Source of the DNA: an uncultured Muriicola sp. | Lineage (GTDB): Bacteria; Bacteroidota; Bacteroidia; Flavobacteriales; Flavobacteriaceae | Direction: 5' to 3' | Assembly: GCA_965364605.1 (NCBI GenBank) | Contig: CBDTYM010000003.1 | Coordinates: forward strand, 58-64,057 | DNA length: 64,000 nucleotides | Part shown: piece after piece, positions 56,711 to 64,000 of the stretch | Position numbering within the stretch: position 1 is the first letter of the stretch | Layout of the letters: every line of letters begins with the position of its first letter | The notes under the pieces: generated by a model | Told to the model about the DNA's origin: nothing | Database searches by the model: none | What the model saw: the letters and a program-made list of their open reading frames with translations, nothing else | Translations under genes and position numbers: made by a program

Positions 56711-57115
56711 ATGGAAGAATTAACTCTCACCACACCCGCACTTTTGTTTTCAGCTATTTCCCTGATCATGCTGGCCTATACCAATCGTTTCCTTGCCTAT
56801 GCAGCCGTGATCCGTAACCTGCACGACATCTACCTCGAAAAAAAGGACTTCACCCTGATCGATCAGATCCGCAACCTGAAACTGCGACTCAACCTGACCC
56901 GCTGGATGCAGATCTTTGGAATCACCAGTCTTTTGCTCTGCGTGTTGACCATGTTTTTGATCTATGTGGATTTTCACCTGAGCGCGGTGTGGATCTTCGG
57001 TATAGCCCTGATCCTGCTGATCATTTCCCTCGGTCTGCTGATCCGGGAGATCCAGATCTCATCCCACGCCCTGCACCTGCATTTAAAGGACATTGAGGAC
57101 CATATCAACCCTTAG
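56711..57115 (+). CDS. DUF2721-like membrane protein
   Basis: TPALLFSAISLIMLAYTNRFLAYAAVIRNLH plus two further TM helices. Confidence 0.68.
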   Translation: MEELTLTTPALLFSAISLIMLAYTNRFLAYAAVIRNLHDIYLEKKDFTLIDQIRNLKLRLNLTRWMQIFGITSLLLCVLTMFLIYVDFHLSAVWIFGIALILLIISLGLLIREIQISSHALHLHLKDIEDHINP

Positions 57116-57133
57116 GTTTTGCTGTAAAGCGAA

Positions 57134-58402
57134 TTAGCTATTGAGATCAGGTTTTTTGTAAAGTCGGTAGTATACGGCTGCTGCCAGGCCTCCTATTGCA
57201 GAAAAAACGGCCAGCATCCAGAAAACATGTTGATGACCGGTCAGGCCCGGAGACCGATCCAGAAAATAACCCATGGCCGGACCTGCAAAGATATCAGGGG
57301 TATACCCCACCAGGGAAATCATGCCTACGGCTGTTCCCGTCAGAACAAGGGGGATCCTCCCTTGCTTCATAACCGCAAAATAAAGGGCCCTTGCAGCATA
57401 AACTCCTAGGGCAACAATGAGAATGGACAGGAAGAAGAGCAAGGTGAGATGAGGTTTCACCAGTCCGGAGGCGAAGAGTAGGGACCCTGTAAAGGCCACC
57501 ACAAAACTCAACAGGAGCCAAAAGGAGGTTTTAGAGCGGTCTGCCAGAATACCTATCGCCACTCCCACTACCGGGCGAATGTAGAGTAGGAAGGTGCCCA
57601 CCTGGGCAGATTTCACCTGGGAATATCCCATGACATCCCTGGCGTAGAGAGAAAAGACATCTGTTATTTTATAGCCCACATAGGCACAAAGGATGATGAC
57701 CATCAGCAACCAGACAGAAGGCAACTTCAAAACCTCCTTTATCTGGGAACGGGTAATGTGCTCCACGCTGATCGACCTTTCCAATTTCGGGTCCAGTTTC
57801 ATGAAGAACCATACCAGTAGGCCCACCACCACAACGATGCCGGAAGAGGCCATAATAACGGAGGAGAATGCAGCCCTGCTTTCTTCCGGTGAAAGTACGC
57901 TCAGGTCTGACGATGAAAAAAGGGAAAAGATATATACTCCAAGGGTTCCGAAAAGGGCGCCAACGAGGCCGCGACCTCCATCCAGTAGTCCGAATGCCTT
58001 GCCCTGGGAGGTATCCCCACCCCAAACCCGGGTGGCCTTGATCATAGGGGCCCAAAAGAGAAAAATGGTGGTAAAACCCCAATAACCGTACAGAAATCTG
58101 AGCAGACCAAAATTGGGAAATTCGGCATAAAGCAGACCGCCCAGGGCAGTGGTCCACAAGGCGACCGCGATGAGCTTCCTCGGAGGGTACTTATCAGCCA
58201 GAGGCCCGCCAAACAAATAAGAAACAAGGGCTACAATGCCGTAGTAGGAATAACACAACCCCAGCTCCACATTTGTCAGGCCGAAAGTGTCCAGAACTGT
58301 AGGCCTGAACACTCGGGCCAGGACGAAGGGCAGGATAAAAACGGATTCCCCGGCCAGGATGAGGAGCGCCAGAAAATACCACGGCGGGCTTTTGCGGATC
58401 AT
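57134..58402 (-). CDS. MFS transporter
   Basis: About 12 TM helices in a two-fold repeat layout, with the loop motif GGPLADKYPPRKL between TM2 and TM3. Confidence 0.85.
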   Translation of the reverse strand: MIRKSPPWYFLALLILAGESVFILPFVLARVFRPTVLDTFGLTNVELGLCYSYYGIVALVSYLFGGPLADKYPPRKLIAVALWTTALGGLLYAEFPNFGLLRFLYGYWGFTTIFLFWAPMIKATRVWGGDTSQGKAFGLLDGGRGLVGALFGTLGVYIFSLFSSSDLSVLSPEESRAAFSSVIMASSGIVVVVGLLVWFFMKLDPKLERSISVEHITRSQIKEVLKLPSVWLLMVIILCAYVGYKITDVFSLYARDVMGYSQVKSAQVGTFLLYIRPVVGVAIGILADRSKTSFWLLLSFVVAFTGSLLFASGLVKPHLTLLFFLSILIVALGVYAARALYFAVMKQGRIPLVLTGTAVGMISLVGYTPDIFAGPAMGYFLDRSPGLTGHQHVFWMLAVFSAIGGLAAAVYYRLYKKPDLNS

Positions 58403-58465
58403 ATATGGCGGAAGATACTACTAATCCGTAAAACCGGGATGGTCGGAAGGGGAATTAAAAAGGCA

Positions 58466-58948
58466 CTACCTCCTCAGGAATACATCCCTTGTTTTGTGGT
58501 ACTCATCATAGAGGACCAACTTTTTGGGGTTGTATTCCAGAATGGGATAGATGACAGGTTTGGTAGACAGGGAACCGTCGCCCTTATAGTCAAGAAAGTC
58601 CGACGGCACTTCCCGATTGTCGATCTTTACTTCGTTGTCAAGCAAGGTCAGCCTTTGCCCATCCGGACTGAGCTGCCATTTACCTTCACGCACCTTTCCC
58701 TTCGAATCCCTTCGGAGTGATACCACCTCATAGATAAAGGTTCCGTCAGAATTAAATGTAAAATAATAGGTTTTCGGGTTTTGAATCAAAAGTGCATCCA
58801 GTTGTTGCGCACCGTCCTTAAAACTACCGGTATTCTCCCATCGTCCGTAAAGGTCTTTTTCTTCTAATTGTTGCGAAAATGCCTGGTTGGGCCATGCACA
58901 CGTGAAAAGGACTATCAGACCACCCCATAACAATGATCTGATCTTCAT
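58466..58948 (-). CDS. Secreted hypothetical protein (lipocalin-like size/pattern)
   Basis: Signal peptide MKIRSLLWGGLIVLFTCAWPNQAFSQ. LYGRWEN...YYFTFNSDGTF...GKWQLSPDG resembles lipocalin-like domains. ATG at 58948 is preferred. Confidence 0.5.
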   Translation of the reverse strand: MKIRSLLWGGLIVLFTCAWPNQAFSQQLEEKDLYGRWENTGSFKDGAQQLDALLIQNPKTYYFTFNSDGTFIYEVVSLRRDSKGKVREGKWQLSPDGQRLTLLDNEVKIDNREVPSDFLDYKGDGSLSTKPVIYPILEYNPKKLVLYDEYHKTRDVFLRR

Positions 58949-59139
58949 ATAACCTCTTTGCTGCTCTAATGTGGTTTGCATATGACCGCTGGATGGGTTG
59001 ACTCTCATGTAAATAACGGATTTAGAGGGATATTTATTGGACCTATCAGGCATCAGCTATATGAGGTTATAGAATGCGCAAAGGACTTCCCCGGATGGAG
59101 GTATCAGCCGAAACTGATGTCATGCATCCAAAAAAGATA

Positions 59140-60273
59140 TTAAAGCATATATACCACTAAAAAGCCCAGGTAAGTTCCCAGGGCATTTCCCAGTGTACCA
59201 ACGAGGATGGCGGGCAAGATAAGTTCCTCCCTGTCAAAAGTCTCTGCGAGGGCAATGGCCGTCGTACCGCCTCCTATATTGGCCTGACTCACAATGGCGA
59301 TCATGTCCCAGTCCCGGTAGATCAAGCCTCCTATTGAGATCAGTAAGAAGCCGTGAATACTTACGGCCAGGATGGCGAAGAGGAGGATGGTCACCCCTAC
59401 CTCTTGCAGCTCAAATACGGAGCTTATCTCGCAGTAGGCCCCTATGACCGCCAGGAAAAGATATATCAGGTAAAGCCCCAGGGTGTGCCCCCCTTCGAGT
59501 TTACTGACAAAGGGCAACTGGGCCAGCAGAATGCCAATGGTAGAAATGGTCAAAATAGAAGGCACTCCCGGAAAGATATTCGATAGGCATTCGGAGATGA
59601 AATATGCACCAATTCCCAGAAAAACAAGCCACATCAAGGAGTGCATATTGATCTTGTCCTTGTTTTCGGCCTGTAAATGAGATGTTTTTACCGCCACCTT
59701 TCGATCTCTCCAGAAACGTCTCATGACCGCAGGGATGGATAAGGTGATCACGATCCAGAGGGTGGTCACCACATTGTCCACCGCAATAGTTCCTGCGTAC
59801 AGGATCCCTTTTTCCTGGAAAGAGTATTCCAGTGCGATCGCATTGAAATTGATGCTGCCGCCGGTATAAGTACCTGTGAGCATTCCGGCCAGGGTCACTC
59901 CGTCCTTTCCCAGGACGCTTTCAGGTGTGAGGAAGAACCAGGCTGCCAGGATCCCAAGAGTGGTGGTCAGGGATCCCAGGAGGAAGAGAATGATCATCGG
60001 TGCCCCCGCTTTTTTTAGGGAGGTAAGGTTAACCCCCAGTAGCAGGTAAAAAATAGAAATGGGGGCCAGGTAGGTAAAGATCGCATCGTAGAGAGGAATG
60101 GTATTGGAAGCGCTCGGAATAAGCCCCAGGTTGGCCATCACTGCCGTAAGGACGATCACGATCAGGGCGGCGCCCAGCTTTTTCCCAAAGCCCGTTTTTC
60201 CCAGATAGACGGAGGCGATCACAAGCAGGGACAGGATGCCCAGCACATATCCGGGATCGATGAGCACCCTCAT
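59140..60273 (-). CDS. DUF819-family membrane protein
   Basis: About 10-11 TM helices, with an N-terminus typical of DUF819/YjcL-like proteins as I recall them. Confidence 0.7.
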   Translation of the reverse strand: MRVLIDPGYVLGILSLLVIASVYLGKTGFGKKLGAALIVIVLTAVMANLGLIPSASNTIPLYDAIFTYLAPISIFYLLLGVNLTSLKKAGAPMIILFLLGSLTTTLGILAAWFFLTPESVLGKDGVTLAGMLTGTYTGGSINFNAIALEYSFQEKGILYAGTIAVDNVVTTLWIVITLSIPAVMRRFWRDRKVAVKTSHLQAENKDKINMHSLMWLVFLGIGAYFISECLSNIFPGVPSILTISTIGILLAQLPFVSKLEGGHTLGLYLIYLFLAVIGAYCEISSVFELQEVGVTILLFAILAVSIHGFLLISIGGLIYRDWDMIAIVSQANIGGGTTAIALAETFDREELILPAILVGTLGNALGTYLGFLVVYML

Positions 60274-60338
60274 GCCCTAAAGATATCAAAATATGCAAGT
60301 GGTCCCGGTTATCAAGTTGGGATAAACATCATTGCTAA

Positions 60339-60860
60339 TCAGAATAGCTTGTAAGATGGGGGTGTAATGCCCTGTAATCGCAGGTAAGGTGCGCATTGGG
60401 CCCTGTGGTGTCCGGCGTGTTCATTGGCTTTGCGAATCCAGCCTTGACGAGAAACTTCGTAGGGTCCCCTGACAACAATCTCCTCAAGTGTATTGGGATC
60501 CATGTTTTGAATGCCATTAATTGCAAAATCATAGCTTTCAGAAACCACTCTTCTCACCTCCGATTTGGAATGTAAGGAGGTCTCTTTTTCCAAATTGACA
60601 TTGCTGAAGATGCGAGCCTCACCGGTTCCGTTTGAGGCAAGTCCTATGATTCCCTGTGCAATGTGGAGCATTTGTTCTGCAAAGGTTCGGGACCCCTCAG
60701 TAGGTTTAAAATCGTACTTGTCTTCGGGCATAGCATCAATGTATGCCAGTGACATTTCCTTGCTTCGTTCGAAGTCGGCTATCAAATCATTTATCGTGTT
60801 ATTTTGCGCATTCACGGTAACAAAACACACGAAAATCAACAACAAACTAATATGTTTCAT
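60339..60860 (-). CDS. DinB-family protein with signal peptide
   Basis: MPEDKYDFKPTEGSRTFAEQMLHIA, EHAGHHRAQ. Signal peptide MKHISLLLIFVCFVTVNAQ. Confidence 0.78.
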   Translation of the reverse strand: MKHISLLLIFVCFVTVNAQNNTINDLIADFERSKEMSLAYIDAMPEDKYDFKPTEGSRTFAEQMLHIAQGIIGLASNGTGEARIFSNVNLEKETSLHSKSEVRRVVSESYDFAINGIQNMDPNTLEEIVVRGPYEVSRQGWIRKANEHAGHHRAQCAPYLRLQGITPPSYKLF

Positions 60861-60984
60861 GATATATCCTTTAGCGATTTCTTTAAGGTAAGAATTTTTC
60901 TCCAAGGACCACAGTTAAATCAGAGTAAGTGAGGTAAGGATATATTTTTATCATCAAAAATATCTCAGACAAAAAAGCAGGATA

Positions 60985-62637
60985 CTAATCTTTTACGTTG
61001 ATCAGCACGGCCTCACAACGGGAGAGGTCGGAATTCAGGATGATATTTTCTGATTCTTCCCCATCGATGATCTCGATAGAAACCGTATTGGGCGGAAACC
61101 GGCCCAGGTTATGTGCGTAGAGAAAGAGATCATTGGGTTGGGAGGGGTCGAGCTTTAATTGAAACCCCTTCTTTTGATAGGTCAGATTATACTGGGAAAC
61201 AATGGCATATCCGTTGAGGTAAATGGAGACAATATCTCCGTCCTGCCTGCCATGATCCCATAAATTGATCTGAACGATCCGACTGTTGACCTCGAGCTCC
61301 TTGACATAGGTAATGGTCCTGCCGTCAAAATCCGTTCTCTTCTCTCGTTTTGGTGCAGGAACTGGTTCTTCCGCCACGGGAATGATATCCTCCACGGCAT
61401 TAATTTGTGGTTTCTCAACCTCTTCCACTTCGGTTTTGACAATTTCCGGGGATGTTGCCTCAACTTCAGTTATATTTTCTTGGGCGGGCTCTGTTTTGAC
61501 AGGGGCAAGGACGACCTCATCAGTCACCTCTTCCTCTACGGCTACGGGAGTGTTGGGGTCCCTCTTGTCTATGGTGAAATAAGGAGAGGCATACTTGGCG
61601 GTATGGAATTTGTCAGCCGGGAATAATTCGATGCCCATAACCCTGTAATTATTGCCTTTTGGCAGTGTCTTGTTGAGTTTGATGCCCTCTGCCAGTGAAT
61701 TGTTAGGGAAAACCCCCAATTCCTCGATCACTGTATTATTCCGAAGCAAATAGAATTTGATGGTCTTTTCGGGAGGCAGATTTTCAGAATTCCACTGGAT
61801 GTAGACCGGATCGGGAATGGTCCACACGCTCCCTTTTCGTGGATAGGTGATCTCAAGTCCGGAACGCCAGTGTTTCCTTTCCCTGAGCTGTACTTCGTTC
61901 AGTTCTGTGATGGTCTGGGTGAAATTGGTATATGGTCTGACAGTGGCCAGGCCGGAGACTACTTCCTCCAGCAGGGTGTAAAAGGCCTTGACTTCTTCCA
62001 GGGCATTGGCCAGTGGGATCTCTTCGGCATACTTTTTCCTAAGGCTCCTGAAACGGTCGGATATCTTCTTTTCTACTTTCTTATCAATGTCCGGATTTTC
62101 TGTATTCCCGCTTTCGTTCAGGAGCTTTTGCGCCGTTTTTAGTTTCAGGTATCCAAAGCGGTTTTGCAGAAACTCGATCCCTTCAATATAGGCCACAGAA
62201 TTTTCTGATTTGAGCCTTGTTGCTATCTCAAAGGCCTTTTGGTATTCCATCAGGGCTTGCTGCAGGCTGATCTCAGCCAGTTTTCTACTGGTCTGTACCG
62301 GGGAGTTTGTGGCGAGATTGAGCAGGTCCAGCAATTGTTCAAGAGGTATGCTGTTCACTCCTTCCTCGTAGATCCCCTGAAGGTATTCGCTGCCTAACCA
62401 GGGAGATTGCAGGAGCAGGTAATTGCGCTCCATCTCTCCCAATGTTCTTACCGGCCCTATTTCGTTTAAGATAGCTTCGTATTCCGACGACTCCCAGGGC
62501 GTGGGATCATCCGAGATCACCTTTTGACTGACCTCTATGGGATCCTCGGTGATCGACATAGTTTCCTCAGCACGGGCAGTTTGGAAGGGGATGCCTGAGA
62601 GAAGGATGATGGTGCAGAAAAATGTTTTTAAACCCAT
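60985..62637 (-). CDS. Secreted multi-domain hypothetical protein (ORFan by eye)
   Basis: Signal peptide MGLKTFFCTIILLSGIPFQTARAEE, a helical N-terminal region, a beta-rich middle, an acidic P/E/V-rich linker and a C-terminal domain of about 110 aa (...DGDIVSIYLNGY...). Confidence 0.6.
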   Translation of the reverse strand: MGLKTFFCTIILLSGIPFQTARAEETMSITEDPIEVSQKVISDDPTPWESSEYEAILNEIGPVRTLGEMERNYLLLQSPWLGSEYLQGIYEEGVNSIPLEQLLDLLNLATNSPVQTSRKLAEISLQQALMEYQKAFEIATRLKSENSVAYIEGIEFLQNRFGYLKLKTAQKLLNESGNTENPDIDKKVEKKISDRFRSLRKKYAEEIPLANALEEVKAFYTLLEEVVSGLATVRPYTNFTQTITELNEVQLRERKHWRSGLEITYPRKGSVWTIPDPVYIQWNSENLPPEKTIKFYLLRNNTVIEELGVFPNNSLAEGIKLNKTLPKGNNYRVMGIELFPADKFHTAKYASPYFTIDKRDPNTPVAVEEEVTDEVVLAPVKTEPAQENITEVEATSPEIVKTEVEEVEKPQINAVEDIIPVAEEPVPAPKREKRTDFDGRTITYVKELEVNSRIVQINLWDHGRQDGDIVSIYLNGYAIVSQYNLTYQKKGFQLKLDPSQPNDLFLYAHNLGRFPPNTVSIEIIDGEESENIILNSDLSRCEAVLINVKD

Positions 62638-63076
62638 GACTTTGTGGCCTTGTAACAAAGGGCAACACGCCATGTATAAAACTAAGGCAGACAGAAAAAA
62701 TTGTGGAAGGACTAATGAATTTGTTATCAGTAATTTATGAACGACAGAATATTCCTACAAAACGAACAATTCCAGAGAATACTAAAGGGTAAATTGTCAG
62801 GAGATCCCCAAAAAGTCAGGCGGGGATAGATTAAAGTCGTGCTATCAGCACATAAAAAGCCCAGAAAAAGCAGAAGGTGAAAAAAGCGTAGACGAGGAAT
62901 GTAAGCGTAGATCTCTTGTTCATAAGAAATGGATAAAGAGCTAATTAAAGGATTTTCCGACAAAAGGAGAATTTCAGCCCGTGAAAGGGAGCATTATTCA
63001 GATGAACCGCAGAAAATCCGACGAAATGCACGGTAAAATACTGGCATTCAACAGTTAGTGGAGCAGGTTGATCTGT

Positions 63077-63769
63077 TTATCGGTCAATTTTGAAAGATTC
63101 AAGTTTGATATCATCCAGGCCGTAGTCATCGAAAGGATATTCCAACTGGTCCTGGATATTGTATAGTGAGATCAGGATGAATTCAGTAAGAATGACCACA
63201 GAAAAGGTCACATAGAGCGGGTTGTCCGCACTCATATCATGAATGATCGTCGGAGCGTACAGGAAGGGAAAAATATAAATAAAGACTTTGCAGTATGCCT
63301 TTAAACTAAGGGGTGTCCTGTGGGTGTTGATCGCATGCAGATTTTCCAGGGCCTCGTGCAGGTCGCTCATAAATCTGAAAATCCGGTCTTTTAGTCGGCC
63401 GGACATTACATGTCCCTTTTCTTCGACAAATACCTGTACTTTATTGAGGATGGGATCTAAAGATTCTGTGGTCTCACAATTGTTTTTAAGGTGCTCCATT
63501 GAGCAATCGCTGATCTCGATCAGTATGGACGAGATCTCCTCCTTCTCTTCAGGGGAAAGCTTTTGGGAGGCGTTCGCAAAATAGTACATCGTTTTTAGAG
63601 CGCTCCTGAACTGACTAAGGTGTTCCAATGCTTTTTCCCGCCTTCTGAAAGACCCCCGAATGGTAAAAACCAAAGGAAAGACTATGGCGATACTCAGCAG
63701 AGTCAGATCCAGGTGGAACCTGATGTCCAGCTGAAAACAAAGGACGACGGTCAGCACAGAGATCATCAT
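63077..63769 (-). CDS. Bestrophin/UPF0187 (YneE)-like membrane protein, N-terminally short
   Basis: Collinear with E. coli YneE as I remember it: HRTPLSLKAYCKVFIYIFPFLYAP aligns with YTPIPFAYT..., and QLEYPFDDYGLDDIKLE aligns with LEDPFG..NDLPLD. Confidence 0.55.
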   Translation of the reverse strand: MMISVLTVVLCFQLDIRFHLDLTLLSIAIVFPLVFTIRGSFRRREKALEHLSQFRSALKTMYYFANASQKLSPEEKEEISSILIEISDCSMEHLKNNCETTESLDPILNKVQVFVEEKGHVMSGRLKDRIFRFMSDLHEALENLHAINTHRTPLSLKAYCKVFIYIFPFLYAPTIIHDMSADNPLYVTFSVVILTEFILISLYNIQDQLEYPFDDYGLDDIKLESFKIDR

Positions 63770-63860
63770 GGCGATGAGGGTCCTCTGGTTTATTATGGAG
63801 AGGTATAGTTTGATGGTCGGAAATTTAGTATATTATCCTGTTAAAGCTAACTACAAAGTT

Positions 63861-64000
63861 GTGAAAAACCAAACATTACTTTTATTCGGGCTCCTAACTA
63901 TGCTCGGTCCGGTTTCCCTCCATTCACAGGCAGTGGCAGACTCAGTCAGAGAGAAGAAGACCACCAAATTATTCCGCGAACAGGAAGTCCTGCCGATCCG
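63861..64000 (+). CDS. 5' end of a secreted protein gene (partial, runs off the window)
   Basis: GTG-initiated open frame VKNQTLLLFGLLTMLGPVSLHSQAVADS... with a signal-peptide-like N-terminus. It is still open at the window end. Confidence 0.3.
   Translation, partial: MKNQTLLLFGLLTMLGPVSLHSQAVADSVREKKTTKLFREQEVLPI

Noticed and set aside
62929-63036. 35-codon highly charged ORF (+ strand), divergent from the 30-codon hydrophobic ORF
   Set aside because: Its start lies 5 nt from the start of the opposite-strand small ORF, leaving no promoter space. No motif is present, so it is most likely chance.
1-64000. CRISPR arrays, tRNA/rRNA/tmRNA/RNase P genes, transposases, integrases, restriction-modification or toxin-antitoxin pairs
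   Set aside because: I scanned the intergenic regions and the ORF translations by eye. I found no regularly spaced repeats, no tRNA T-arm (GGTTCGAATCC-like) or RNase P (GAGGAAAGTCC-like) signatures, and no DDE, tyrosine-recombinase or nuclease-helicase motifs. Absence by eye is not proof; tRNAscan-SE, Infernal and CRISPR finders should confirm.

Overview
The window looks like a chromosomal segment of a Bacteroidota, probably Flavobacteriia-like, genome. Three things support this: a GLPGLI-family gene beside a CarboxypepD_reg-type outer-membrane barrel, an ftsK-lolA-lptF/G-ribB gene string, and many lipoprotein or signal-peptide N-termini together with TAnnTTTG-type -7 boxes and no Shine-Dalgarno sites. 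I support about 58 protein-coding genes at high coding density. They are mostly housekeeping, envelope and small redox/detoxification functions: ftsK, lolA, lptF/G-like, ribB, dgkA, tpx, lpdA, tilS, dsbD, comM/yifB, tsaC/sua5, ldhA and slyD-like, plus many SDR/AKR/VOC/MDR enzymes. I could not find any rRNA, tRNA, CRISPR array, transposase, integrase or recognisable defence-system gene by eye. All family calls come from reading motifs in the supplied translations; no database search was run, so names are family-level hypotheses. I did not find an unambiguous novel system. The best candidates are: (i) a lower-GC patch at about 48.9-55.2 kb, which encodes a membrane class III nucleotidyl cyclase with a large extracytoplasmic TolB-N-like/TPR region, two tandem exported Cys-His (NlpC/P60-like) ORFans and a divergent beta-lactamase-fold hydrolase; (ii) an orphan LuxR-type response regulator with Glu in place of the phospho-acceptor Asp, sitting behind an 890-bp gene-poor gap; (iii) a tight TauE-nitroreductase-DegT aminotransferase operon; (iv) an NhaC-type transporter, gamma-family PLP enzyme and divergent Lrp module; (v) the uncharacterised GLPGLI and barrel pair. 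Several small hydrophobic ORFs and stem-loops are listed with low confidence.
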